From positions 17,950-81,949 of the forward strand of contig JAQGDQ010000365.1 in the NCBI GenBank assembly GCA_030141605.1: 64,000 nt of DNA, read 5' to 3'. Positions within the stretch are counted from its first letter, which is position 1. Every line of letters starts with the position of its first letter. This document shows positions 51,002 to 60,530 of the stretch, piece by piece. The translations under genes were made by a program, and so were the position numbers. The stretch comes from Tubiluchus corallicola (Eukaryota > Animalia > Priapulida). Under the pieces are notes generated by a model. That model was given only the letters and a program-made list of their open reading frames with translations. It was not told where the DNA came from and did not search any database.

Positions 51002-52294
51002 TTACAATATTTTGTTTTCAGATGAGGGTAGCTCTTCCACTTTTTTCAGTTTGGAAAGCATCAGACGCGTACGGGTACCGACAAGGTTATCTAATTCTTT
51101 GTTGGCTTCAGTTATTTTTTTCTGTGCTTTTTCCAGCACATCGCCAAATTTGCTAAATTCGGTTTTTACTGCTCCAAGTATTTGCCAAACTTCACTACTG
51201 CGTTTTTGAATAGCGAGAGTTTTAAAGCCCATCTGTAGGCTGTTAAGCATTGCGGCCAGTGTTGTTGGTCCGGTTATGATTATCTTATATTCACGTTGCA
51301 GCATGGCTACAATTTCGGGTTGGCGTACTATTTCGGCAAATAAGCCTTCTATCGGTAAAAACATAATTCCAAAGTCGGTTGTGTATGGCGGGTCAATGTA
51401 TTTATCCCGGATATCTTTTGCAAATTTTTTAATGGATTGTACTAGTGCCTTATTGGCGGTGTCGATATTTGCGATGTCACCTTCGTCATAAGCTGTTTGG
51501 AGCCGTACATAGTCTTCTTGTGGGAACTTTGCATCAATAGGGAGGTACACTTCTTTACCGTTGTCATCTTTGCCAGGAAGTTTAATGGCAAACTCTACAT
51601 GGTCATTAGAGCCTTGTTTTGTTTTTACATTAGCGTCGTACTGCTCGGGAGCCATAATTTGCTCCAGGATATTTTCTAATTGAATTTCACCCAGTATACC
51701 GCGGGTTTTTACATTGCTTAATACTTTTTTCAGATCGCCCACACCACTGGCCAGGTTCTGCATTTCTCCCAAGCCTTTTTGTACGGCTTCCAGTTGCTTA
51801 CTTACTATCCTGAATGACTGCCCAAGTCTTTCTTCAAGTGTTTTATGGAGTTTTTCATCTACCGTTTTACGCATCTCTTCCAGTTTAAGTTCAGTGGATT
51901 TGACCAGCTCATCCTGTTTGCCCGCCATAGCATCGAATTTCTGTTTTTGCAGGTCGTTAAACTCTTTTACATTTCTAGTGAAGACTTCGCTAAAATCTTT
52001 TAGAGACTTGGTTAGTTCATCTCGGTTGTTTTTGGCATTTTTATTCAAGCCTTCGCTGATAATGGTTAGTTTTTCTTCTAGTTTTTGAGTGAGTTTGTCC
52101 AAGCCGTTGGATAGCTCCTCCCTGTTATCTTTTAGTGCAGCCGATAGTTCTATACGGTTTTCTTTTAACTCTTTTTGCATTAGTTGGCGAACTGCCTCGA
52201 TAATTGGAGTAGCATTGTTTTTGCTGTTTTTCAGTAGTAAAATAGCGAGGAGCACAAGGCACAAGGCAGAGATAATAATTGTAGTAATTTCCAT
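51002..52294 (-). CDS. rmuC: DNA recombination protein RmuC
   Basis: N-terminal TM and coiled coil, VKTRGILGE, PIDAKFP, TTDFGIMFLP.EGL, LQMGFKTLAIQKRSSEVW. Confidence 0.94.
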   Translation of the reverse strand: MEITTIIISALCLVLLAILLLKNSKNNATPIIEAVRQLMQKELKENRIELSAALKDNREELSNGLDKLTQKLEEKLTIISEGLNKNAKNNRDELTKSLKDFSEVFTRNVKEFNDLQKQKFDAMAGKQDELVKSTELKLEEMRKTVDEKLHKTLEERLGQSFRIVSKQLEAVQKGLGEMQNLASGVGDLKKVLSNVKTRGILGEIQLENILEQIMAPEQYDANVKTKQGSNDHVEFAIKLPGKDDNGKEVYLPIDAKFPQEDYVRLQTAYDEGDIANIDTANKALVQSIKKFAKDIRDKYIDPPYTTDFGIMFLPIEGLFAEIVRQPEIVAMLQREYKIIITGPTTLAAMLNSLQMGFKTLAIQKRSSEVWQILGAVKTEFSKFGDVLEKAQKKITEANKELDNLVGTRTRLMLSKLKKVEELPSSENKIL

Positions 52295-52590
52295 AACTAG
52301 TATATGATATTTTACGATAAAGTCCTGTTGGCGAGTTGCCGAATAGCATCAAAAGTATAGAAAATATACTTAGCTTTTTGTGAAAGTGAAAGTTTCATAA
52401 AGATTTGCTGGAGAGGAAAGGTTTTTTCATTATTGCCATGTGGTACTAAAGTTCTGAGAGCCTTCGCCAGATGGTCTTTTTTTTCATATCTTTAGGGGCT
52501 GTTTATTTTTAAATAGTAAAGTGAGCGTAAGTGAAAAGATTTGGTAGCCCAAGTGGTGTGTGAGAGGATTCTGTTAGCCAAGCGATTGTT

Positions 52591-53283
52591 ATGAAAAGAA
52601 TTAGTTTTATAAAGAGTAATATACGTAAGTACGCTAAGGCCAAGGGTATCACACTTGCGGAGGTGTATAAGCGCACGGGCATTACTGATGGTACGTTTAG
52701 TAATGCAAGCAGTTTGTCGGAGGATAGCTTGCTGAAATTTCTCAATGAGTATATCGAGGTGAGTCCTTGTTGGCTTTTGACAGGGGAAGGTCCCATGGTT
52801 AGGGTTTATAGTGATCCGGCTACTCCTGGTGATCTATTAAGTGAGCCTGGTGGAGAGGAAGGTTCCGAGGTGGCACAAGTAAGGGTTCCTTTTATTGATA
52901 TGTCGGATATTGGGAAAGAGGACAATAGTTGTTTCCCTTTGGAGAAGGTAGGGGGGAGTACGGGGTATTATGTGATTCCCAAACTGGGAAGTAGTAGGAT
53001 TGATTTCATGACAGAGGTCTCCGGGAGTAGTATATACCACAAGTATTGTAGAGGGGATGTTGTGGCCTGTACCGTGATTAGAAACAGCACTTTTCTGCAA
53101 TGGAGGAGGGTACATCTTATTGTTACACGCGAGCAGGGGGTGATTATAGGCCGAATTGATAGTTCAGATATTAGTGACGGCATTAGGGTTGTTAGCGAGG
53201 ATGGCAGTTGTTGTTCATTTGATATTCCCAGGAGTGAGGTTGTGGGAATTGCTATGGTAGTGGGAGCTATGCGTTTTGAGTAG
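52591..53283 (+). CDS. XRE-HTH / S24 (LexA/CI-like) transcriptional regulator
   Basis: N-terminal HTH ending WLLTGEGPM; S24-like domain VSGSSI...GDVVAC. Confidence 0.8.
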   Translation: MKRISFIKSNIRKYAKAKGITLAEVYKRTGITDGTFSNASSLSEDSLLKFLNEYIEVSPCWLLTGEGPMVRVYSDPATPGDLLSEPGGEEGSEVAQVRVPFIDMSDIGKEDNSCFPLEKVGGSTGYYVIPKLGSSRIDFMTEVSGSSIYHKYCRGDVVACTVIRNSTFLQWRRVHLIVTREQGVIIGRIDSSDISDGIRVVSEDGSCCSFDIPRSEVVGIAMVVGAMRFE

Positions 53284-53316
53284 CTTGATGTTTTTAGTAA
53301 AGTGTGTTTTTTGTTT

Positions 53317-53453
53317 GAGCTTTTTGTAAAGCTCATCTTCTTGCTGTTATTTTTGTTAAAACATTTTTCATAGTAGCCATTTACATTGATAAATTGCGGT
53401 TTCTCACCGTACTGTTTTCGGCTTGGCCCAGGTTTTCATATAGTAAAGATTTC
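53317..53453 (+). mobile_element. Dispersed TIR repeat copy
   Basis: GAGCTTTTTGTAAAGCTCATCTTC...CATTTACATTGATAAATTGCGGTTTCTCACCGTAC...GTAAAGATTTC. Confidence 0.75.
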
Positions 53454-53464
53454 AAGATATTATT

Positions 53465-53592
53465 TATTGCTAAGTGCCCCTTTTTGCCAAAGATTCCCTT
53501 CGAATGCCTTCATTTGTGCCGGCAAGGTACAGCTTGTCAATGAGTTTTCTTTTTTTGATCCGGGTTAAAGTTTTTTGATTTGCAGAGGCCTT
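53465..53592 (+). mobile_element. Degenerate TIR repeat copy
   Basis: TTTTTGCCAAAGATTCCCTTCGAATGCCTTCATTTGTGCCGGCAAG...GAGTTTTC...TTTGCAGAGGCCTT; left end uncertain. Confidence 0.62.
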
Positions 53593-53634
53593 TTTGTGTG
53601 GCTTGGTATGCGTATTCTGTACAGGTGTAGTTTT

Positions 53635-54321
53635 TTACAGGTAGTTGTGGTTTATTAGTAACATGATCACTCCCATTGTTATGGTAATGGTAAATATTCC
53701 AGTAAAGATGATTTTACATGCATTGTCCATGCTGAGTTTTTTATTTTGAATCGATGAGATAGAGTAAATCATTGGCTCTGTAAATAAAATCAGTCTGAAA
53801 GCAGCCCATCCTATTAAAGCTCCCAATATTCCGCCACAAATTATGTCGGCTGGGTAGTGCACACCTAGGTAAACACGTGTGTATGCTATTAATAAAGCCC
53901 ACGTCAGTATAAATATAGAGTAAAGGGTATTGCGAAATAGTAGAAGGGAAAAGATTGCAAATCCGAAAGCGTTGGAGGCGTGAGCAGATACAAAACCGTA
54001 CATGCCACCCTTGTTAAAGAAGTTATGAGAAATTGGTGCAACAGCCGGATCTTGTGATGGACGGAGGCGCTCTACGGATCGTTTAAATACGCCTGCTCCT
54101 TGGTCAGCAAGTGTGATAATAAGTATTAAGGCTAAGAGTATAAGTATCGACTTAAGCTTGTATTTGTTGATGATGATGAAAAGTATAACAGCATATAGTA
54201 GTAGCCAAGTATGGGTGGTGGTAAATATTGCCATACAGTAATCCCAAAATGTATTGTGAAAGCTATTTAGGTGTAGGAAAAGGTTTATGTCCCACTGTTC
54301 TATTTTTCTAATTAAGTTCAT
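53635..54321 (-). CDS. PAP2 family membrane phosphatase
   Basis: KxxxxxxRP (KRSVERLRP), FVSAH, RVYLGVHYPAD. Confidence 0.92.
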   Translation of the reverse strand: MNLIRKIEQWDINLFLHLNSFHNTFWDYCMAIFTTTHTWLLLYAVILFIIINKYKLKSILILLALILIITLADQGAGVFKRSVERLRPSQDPAVAPISHNFFNKGGMYGFVSAHASNAFGFAIFSLLLFRNTLYSIFILTWALLIAYTRVYLGVHYPADIICGGILGALIGWAAFRLILFTEPMIYSISSIQNKKLSMDNACKIIFTGIFTITITMGVIMLLINHNYL

Positions 54322-54421
54322 AGTCCAACTTTTTGCTAGGCTTTCCCTCTTTAAAATGAGTAGCCAAGCTTAACTGACAGATCAAGTTTAATAACCAACG
54401 AAGGTGATAATTTTTTGTTTT

Positions 54422-55426
54422 TTATGCAACAGGTTTGTCTTCGGTTAGTGCGTTCCAGATGCTATCTTTTAATGTAGATAGTCCTGTGTTTGTAATGGAG
54501 GATATGAACAGGTGGGGTATCTCTTTTAGCTCTTTACTGATCTCTTTCATCAATACTGCATCCAGCATATCGCTTTTAGAGATGGTAAGTAGTTTTTGCT
54601 TATCAAGTAGTTCAGGGTTGTATTTTTCTAGTTCATTTATTAAGGTTAAGTATTCTTTTTTGTGACAGTTGCTGTCTGCTGGGACCATGAGTAGTAGTAT
54701 TGAGTTTCTTTCTATGTGTCTTAGGAATCTTAATCCCAGGCCTTTGCCTTCATGTGCTCCCTCTATGATTCCCGGTATATCGGCCATTATAAACGATCGA
54801 TCGTTTCGATAGCTTACAATTCCCAGGCTCGGGACCAGTGTTGTGAAGGGGTAATCGGCAATTTTAGGCTTTGCAGCCGATATTGTAGAGAGGAGTGTTG
54901 ATTTTCCGGCATTGGGAAGTCCTACCAGGCCTACGTCTGCAAGTATTTTTAGCTCTAGTACCCGCCATCCTTCCTGAGCATTTTCTCCAGGCTGGGCATA
55001 CCGTGGGGTTTGGTTGGTTGCCGATTTGAAGTGAGTATTTCCAAGCCCCCCTTTCCCCCCTTTTGCCAATATTCCAGTATCTCCATCATTAAGAATTTCA
55101 AAAAGCAATTTTCCTGTTTCCGCATCTTTTACAACTGTTCCCAGGGGAACATCAAGAACGACATCGTTACCATCTTTACCACTACTACATTGCTTTCCTC
55201 CTGCTTCACCATTGCCTGCGAAAATATGTTTGCGATATTTTAAATGTAAGAGTGTCCACATCTGTTTGTTTCCCCTCACTGTTACGTGCCCTCCACGTCC
55301 TCCATCTCCTCCGTCAGGCCCCCCTTTCGGAGCATACTTTTCACGCCTCAAGTGCGCAGAGCCTGCTCCACCTTTGCCCGAGCGACAAAATATTTTTATG
55401 TAGTCGATAAAATTATTTTCAGCCAT
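54422..55426 (-). CDS. obgE: GTPase ObgE
   Basis: [51 protein letters not shown]. Confidence 0.97.
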   Translation of the reverse strand: MAENNFIDYIKIFCRSGKGGAGSAHLRREKYAPKGGPDGGDGGRGGHVTVRGNKQMWTLLHLKYRKHIFAGNGEAGGKQCSSGKDGNDVVLDVPLGTVVKDAETGKLLFEILNDGDTGILAKGGKGGLGNTHFKSATNQTPRYAQPGENAQEGWRVLELKILADVGLVGLPNAGKSTLLSTISAAKPKIADYPFTTLVPSLGIVSYRNDRSFIMADIPGIIEGAHEGKGLGLRFLRHIERNSILLLMVPADSNCHKKEYLTLINELEKYNPELLDKQKLLTISKSDMLDAVLMKEISKELKEIPHLFISSITNTGLSTLKDSIWNALTEDKPVA

Positions 55427-55446
55427 CTCAGCGTATCTATAAATTA

Positions 55447-55588
55447 TAAAATTTTTGCAAGGTTTATTTTTTTGTTGGTGCTTTCTCCAAAGTTCTCTTC
55501 AAAACCCTTATTTGTATTGCTAAGGAGTGATTTTTTTCCTCGATTTTTTTCTTAATTTGAGTTAAGCTCTTTTGCTTTACGAGGATCA
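55447..55588 (+). mobile_element. Dispersed TIR repeat copy (long form, degenerate)
   Basis: TTTTTGCAAGGTTTATTTTT...CTCTTCAAAACCCTTATTTG...TTTTCTTAATTTGAGTTAAG...TTTACGAGGATC. Confidence 0.7.
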
Positions 55589-55645
55589 CATTACAGTAGA
55601 GCAGCCTGCTTTTTTTATTTGAATATAAAGTCAGCTGTGCAAGAG

Positions 55646-56224
55646 CTATAGGGTCAGGCTTTTTACAACAGCTTTTATTCTTTCGGCAATTTCATTTATT
55701 GTGCCCATCCCACTAATGGGAATATATTTTCCCTTTTTTTTATAGTACCGGATAAGAGGCGCGGTTTTATTATTGTATATGTTTATGCGGTTTTCTATAG
55801 TTTTTTCATCCTGGTCATCTGCGCGCTCAGATGTAATCCCCCTGTTTAACAGCCTTGCTACAAGTTCTGTTTTCGTAACTTCCAGGCAAAGCATTCCTGC
55901 AATTGACATTTTATTTTTATCAAGTAGATTCTCAAGAGATTCTGCTTGCGCAACAGTACGTGGGAATCCATCAAAGATAAAACCATTAGAGGTGGAATTG
56001 CTTTTCAGCCGTAGTTTTATCATTTCTGTAACGACTGAATCTGGAGCAAGTTCCCCTTTTTCTATAAGTTTTTGTGCTTTTAATCCCAATTCTGTCTTCG
56101 CAGCAATTTCTTTGCGCAACAACTCACCTGTGCTTAAGTGAGTAAGGTTGAATGCTTCGGCCAGGTACATGGCTTGCGTCCCTTTTCCTGCGCCGGGTGG
56201 ACCAAATAATACTAAATTGAGCAT
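55646..56224 (-). CDS. adk: Adenylate kinase (short LID)
   Basis: LFGPPGAGKGTQA, HLSTGELLR, FIFDGFPRT, RADD. Confidence 0.97.
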   Translation of the reverse strand: MLNLVLFGPPGAGKGTQAMYLAEAFNLTHLSTGELLRKEIAAKTELGLKAQKLIEKGELAPDSVVTEMIKLRLKSNSTSNGFIFDGFPRTVAQAESLENLLDKNKMSIAGMLCLEVTKTELVARLLNRGITSERADDQDEKTIENRINIYNNKTAPLIRYYKKKGKYIPISGMGTINEIAERIKAVVKSLTL

Positions 56225-56272
56225 AATAAGTCTTGTATAATTAGATTATAGGCATTTATATCTTTCATTATA

Positions 56273-56396
56273 AAAATCATTATAAGGTTTGTCTTTTTGC
56301 TGGAATTTTCGTTAAAATCCTTGTTTACGCCAGTAGACTGCAATTCTTCAATGAGTTTTTCTCAACATGAACCAGAGTTTCCTGCCCAGCGGTGGC
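56273..56396 (+). mobile_element. Dispersed TIR repeat copy (ends decayed)
   Basis: TTTTCGTTAAAATCCTTGTTTACGCCAGTAGACTGCAATTCTTCAATGAGTTTTTCTCAACATGAACCAGAG. Confidence 0.75.
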
Positions 56397-56499
56397 AGTG
56401 GCTTTATCTTGTTCTGTATTGTAGAAATATGGTGCAAAGATAAAAATATTGATTCAGTTTTCTATCCAGGTTTTTTGGAGCAATTGTGTTTTACCCGCA

Positions 56500-56623
56500 G
56501 AGACCTTTGCATGATTCGTCTTTTTATTAATATTTTCATCAGAATCTCTGATTCTGTTAGTAAGTTGTGAGCTCCATCAATTTCCCCCAAAGTATAGTTA
56601 AGAGTTTTATGTCGTAAGGCACT
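56500..56623 (+). mobile_element. Dispersed TIR repeat copy
   Basis: GAGACCTTTGCATGATTCGTCTTTTTATTAATATTTTCATCAGAATC... Confidence 0.82.
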
Positions 56624-56789
56624 GGGAATATTTTAAGAGTGAGTTTCCTATAATTATTTTTTTAAAGGTGATTGTTAAGTTTGCAATAATTATTTCCGGC
56701 TCTTTATGTTCTACCAAATTGAAATATTATCAGTAGCTTTGGAAGCAAGTTAAATTTTTGGTCTCAGTACCGTGAAAGATTAAAAAGAG

Positions 56790-57296
56790 ATGAAGTCTGA
56801 AGTAAGTATTATTATGGGTAGTACCTCTGATTTGCCTGTTATGGAGGCGGCAGCGGAGATACTTAATGATTTTGAGATACCTTTTGAGATGAATGCTCTT
56901 TCAGCACACCGCACCCCGGGTGAGGTTGAAGAGTTTGCCAAAGGGGCAAGTGATAGGGGGATAAAAGTGATAATTGCTGCTGCGGGAATGGCTGCTCATC
57001 TTCCTGGTGTTATTGCTGCGATGTCTCCTGTTCCTGTCATAGGCGTTCCTATAAAAGCTTCTTTTGATGGGTGGGATTCTATGTTGTCGATATTGCAGAT
57101 GCCCCCTGGAATTCCGGTTGCAACAGTAGCTGTTAATGGAGCACGGAATGCAGCAATTCTTGCAGTTCAGATAATGTCTGTCGGAGATGAGGATCTGAGA
57201 AAGAGATTTATTAGCTTTAAGAAAAGATTAAAGGACAAAATAGTAAAGGCAAATAATGATCTTGCAGAAGTGAAGTTTAGATATAAAACTAATTGA
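56790..57296 (+). CDS. purE: N5-carboxyaminoimidazole ribonucleotide mutase
   Basis: IIMGSTSDL, SAHRTP, AGMAAHLPG, QMPPGIPVATV. Confidence 0.97.
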   Translation: MKSEVSIIMGSTSDLPVMEAAAEILNDFEIPFEMNALSAHRTPGEVEEFAKGASDRGIKVIIAAAGMAAHLPGVIAAMSPVPVIGVPIKASFDGWDSMLSILQMPPGIPVATVAVNGARNAAILAVQIMSVGDEDLRKRFISFKKRLKDKIVKANNDLAEVKFRYKTN

Positions 57297-57418
57297 ACGT
57301 AGAGTAAAAGGTTTCCCAATTTTTTTATATTTTGTCTGAAATGGAATTTGTTTTACAAATTCTTCTTCAGGGTTTTAAATTTATATGATTTTGTTATTTC
57401 TGTAATAACTAGTCTGTT

Positions 57419-58258
57419 TTGGGAAAAAATGTGTCATATCCTATCCGGTATTGTTTGCTGCTGTTAGCTTTTTTTTCTCTTCCGATAAAATCTTTAGCCG
57501 GAGGTTCTTTCTCTGGAGTAGGCGCACGCTCTTCTGCTTTGGCGGGGTTGTCTGTTGTTCTGCCTGATGTGTTTGCTACACTTAATAACCAGGCGGGGCT
57601 CTCTTTTCTTGAGGGGGTTGAGATAGGTGTTGGCTACAGGCAGAATTATATGATGAGTGGCTATTCCGATGTGGGGATGGTAGCATGTGTTCCTCTTCTT
57701 ACTGGAGTATTTGGTGTTAGTTTTTTTCAAACTGGAGTAACGGGATATAGTGAGAATAGGGCAGGGCTCTCTTTTGCAAAGCTGCTATTCCCTTCCTTTT
57801 CCGTTGGAATGCAGTTCAATTATTTTATGATTGGCTCTTCTGAGGATGGTTCTTCGCGAGGGGTATTTGTTTATGAGATCGGGGCGATGCATCGAAGTAA
57901 TAAAGGCTTTACGGCAGGGGTACATTTGTTTAACCTTACAGATAGCAGCATAGGAATGATGGTGTTGCAAAAGAAGATACCAGTTGTGTTTTGTGCCGGA
58001 GTAGGTGCTGATCTGGGCGAGTCATTAAAAGTTATGACAGAGTTAACATATAATAGTATATCACCTACAACTGTTGCGCTGGGACTTGAGTATATTATTT
58101 ACGATGAAATAGTGTTGCGTGGAGGCGTTTTAGGCAAACCTTTTAATCATTCGGTGGGACTAGGTTATAGATGGAGATTTTCATATATAGACTTTGCATT
58201 TTCCTCTCACCATGTATTGGGATATTCGCCCTCATTATCAGTTTTATTTAAACCGTAG
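57419..58258 (+). CDS. Outer membrane beta-barrel protein (PorV/PorQ/FadL-like)
   Basis: Signal peptide, GARSSALAG...NNQAGL hatch-like motif, amphipathic strands. Confidence 0.7.
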   Translation: MGKNVSYPIRYCLLLLAFFSLPIKSLAGGSFSGVGARSSALAGLSVVLPDVFATLNNQAGLSFLEGVEIGVGYRQNYMMSGYSDVGMVACVPLLTGVFGVSFFQTGVTGYSENRAGLSFAKLLFPSFSVGMQFNYFMIGSSEDGSSRGVFVYEIGAMHRSNKGFTAGVHLFNLTDSSIGMMVLQKKIPVVFCAGVGADLGESLKVMTELTYNSISPTTVALGLEYIIYDEIVLRGGVLGKPFNHSVGLGYRWRFSYIDFAFSSHHVLGYSPSLSVLFKP

Positions 58259-58337
58259 CGGGGTGGTTTAATAGCTAAAGTTGTATGTCAATTGACATGA
58301 GTGCTTGTTGCTGTATAAGTGTTTAAGGGTTATAAAG

Positions 58338-60386
58338 ATGAAGAAGCTGTACTGTCTGCTAATACTACTGTTTTTAAGTGGCTTATATATGGATGTGTGT
58401 GCGCAATATCCTGGGGTAGATAGAGATAGAAAGGTGGAGAAGTTGCTGGAGTCGATGTTAGAGTCTGCCGGAAACGAGGTGGAGAGTTCTGATATTCTTG
58501 AGACCCTTATATATCTGGCAGAAAATCCTATAAGTGTGAATACTGCTTCTTTTGAGGATTTTCAACAGTTGCATTTACTCAATCTTGGGCAGATACAGAG
58601 CTTAATAAGCTACCGTGAAAAGTATGGTGATATATTATCGGCTTATGAGTTATATGTTGTTGATGGTTTTGACAGAGAGCTGGTTGAAAAAGTTGAGATG
58701 TTTCTTGTTTTTGGGGATGACGCGTCTGATATAAGAGAACAAAAGGTGCGCTCCCGTCAGTCATTACTGGGGAAAGTGCAGATGTCATATCCCCTGCCTG
58801 CAGGTTTTGATGTGTCGCCTGATACAGGGGATAGAGCATACCCCGGTCCTCCTGTGGGGATGTATTTGCGCTATAGTTTTGATATATCTCGTAAGATAAG
58901 GGTGGGAGTTACCATGGAAAGTGATAAAGGAGAGGAGTTGTTTACCGGGAGTAATCCGTGGGGGCCTGATTTTTTTTCAGGATTTTTTTCATGGAAAGGG
59001 AGTGGGACTGTCAGCCAGGTACATGTTGGTGATTATCATCTTCGTTTTGGACAGGGTGTAAATGTCTGGTCAGGAATGACAACCGGGAAGTCTGTAAATG
59101 TATTGGATGTGATGAGGTCAGGGCAGGGTGTTCATCCATATACTTCTGTTGATGAAAATATGTTTTTCAGAGGGGGTGCAGTGAAGTTAGAAGAGGGGGC
59201 CGTCTCTTTATCGTTGTTTGGTTCTGCAAAGAAGATTGATGCTAATAGAAAGGTAGATGAGGATGGGAACTATTATTACAGCTCTTTTCAAACATCGGGC
59301 TTACACCGTACGCCTAATGAGATCGAAGATGAGAAGGTACTGGATGAGCGTATCGCAGGTTTTTATGGTGAGGTGAATATGACAAGCTTAAGGGTAGGAA
59401 CGGTATTTTTATGGCAACAGTTTGGGGGTGATGTCCAGTTTGGAGACAATGTGTACAAGCAGTATTATTTTAGCGGCAGCGAGAATATAAACGTAGGTGT
59501 CGACTATCAGTTTCTTCTGCCTGGTGTACAGCTTTTCGGGGAGGTCGGTTTAAGTAAGAATATGGGCATCGGAGGAGTACAGGGAGTACTTTGGAGGCCT
59601 CATCCTCAGCTTGGCCTATCAATGCTGTATCGCTATTTTGAACCCGGATTTCACTCTCTTTACGGAAGTGCTTTTTCTGAGACATCAGGAAACAGGAATG
59701 AAAATGGGTTGTACATAGGAGCTGAAATATTGCCAATGTCAAAAGTTAAGTTATTTGTGTATGCTGATATTTTTCATTTTCCCTGGTTGCGCTCTAATAC
59801 GTTGTCTCCTGGGCAGGGCAGCGAAGTATTTTGCCAGTTGGAGTACACTCCTGTTAAGGGGATAGAGGTTTATTTACGTGGTGCTTCAAAGTCGAAGCCT
59901 GAGAAAGAGAGTAGAGAGTTGGGTGTTCCAGTAGATGTGGAGGAGCTTGTTAATAAATACCGGTTAAATGTAACGTGGGAGCTCAATGAAAGCTTTATGC
60001 TTAGAGGCAGAGTTGCTTATACCGATTATAGGAAGGGAGCGGGTAGAGAGGCTGGGTTTCTTGCTTACCAGGATATTGTGTGCACATTAAAAGGATGGAA
60101 CACTACTGTGTGGACAAGGTATGCTTGGTTTGATACCGATAGTTATAATTCAAGGATTTATACATATGAGAACGATTTACTGTATAGTTTTTACACCCCT
60201 TCTTATTATGGAAAGGGGCACAGGGTGTATTTTACAGCGAAGTGGCAGCCAGGGAAGAGAGTTACTGCTTATATAAAGTGTGGCCGTACGATTAGGGGTG
60301 GAATAGAGTACTGGGGAACAGGAAATGATCGTACAGAGGGCAATGTCAGGACTGAGCTGAAAGCGCAGGTCAGGGTAAAGTTTTAG
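58338..60386 (+). CDS. Helix-hairpin-helix (ComEA-like) domain protein with C-terminal beta-barrel
   Basis: PISVNTASFEDFQQL...YREKYG...ELYVVDGF HhH; RIYTYENDLLY; ends VRVKF; start at MKKLYC. Confidence 0.82.
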   Translation: MKKLYCLLILLFLSGLYMDVCAQYPGVDRDRKVEKLLESMLESAGNEVESSDILETLIYLAENPISVNTASFEDFQQLHLLNLGQIQSLISYREKYGDILSAYELYVVDGFDRELVEKVEMFLVFGDDASDIREQKVRSRQSLLGKVQMSYPLPAGFDVSPDTGDRAYPGPPVGMYLRYSFDISRKIRVGVTMESDKGEELFTGSNPWGPDFFSGFFSWKGSGTVSQVHVGDYHLRFGQGVNVWSGMTTGKSVNVLDVMRSGQGVHPYTSVDENMFFRGGAVKLEEGAVSLSLFGSAKKIDANRKVDEDGNYYYSSFQTSGLHRTPNEIEDEKVLDERIAGFYGEVNMTSLRVGTVFLWQQFGGDVQFGDNVYKQYYFSGSENINVGVDYQFLLPGVQLFGEVGLSKNMGIGGVQGVLWRPHPQLGLSMLYRYFEPGFHSLYGSAFSETSGNRNENGLYIGAEILPMSKVKLFVYADIFHFPWLRSNTLSPGQGSEVFCQLEYTPVKGIEVYLRGASKSKPEKESRELGVPVDVEELVNKYRLNVTWELNESFMLRGRVAYTDYRKGAGREAGFLAYQDIVCTLKGWNTTVWTRYAWFDTDSYNSRIYTYENDLLYSFYTPSYYGKGHRVYFTAKWQPGKRVTAYIKCGRTIRGGIEYWGTGNDRTEGNVRTELKAQVRVKF

Positions 60387-60490
60387 TAGTGTGGGATTAA
60401 GCATTTTACTCTACTTTTTATCACCCCAGGTGCCCTGCTTTTTAGTGCAGTGGCAAGAAGTTTCTATAAAGGAGTTGTGCAACTTTTTTA

Positions 60491-60498
60491 TATATTTG
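60491..60498 (+). promoter_or_regulatory. Sigma-A -7 box TATATTTG
   Basis: TAnnTTTG about 33 bp before the ATG at 60531. Confidence 0.55.
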
Positions 60499-60530
60499 CT
60501 GTATATGAGGTTAATAGATTAAGATCTGAC

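Noticed and set aside
51002-53283. rmuC plus repressor as a prophage remnant
   Set aside because: No integrase, att site, tRNA or other phage genes, and composition is not clearly different.
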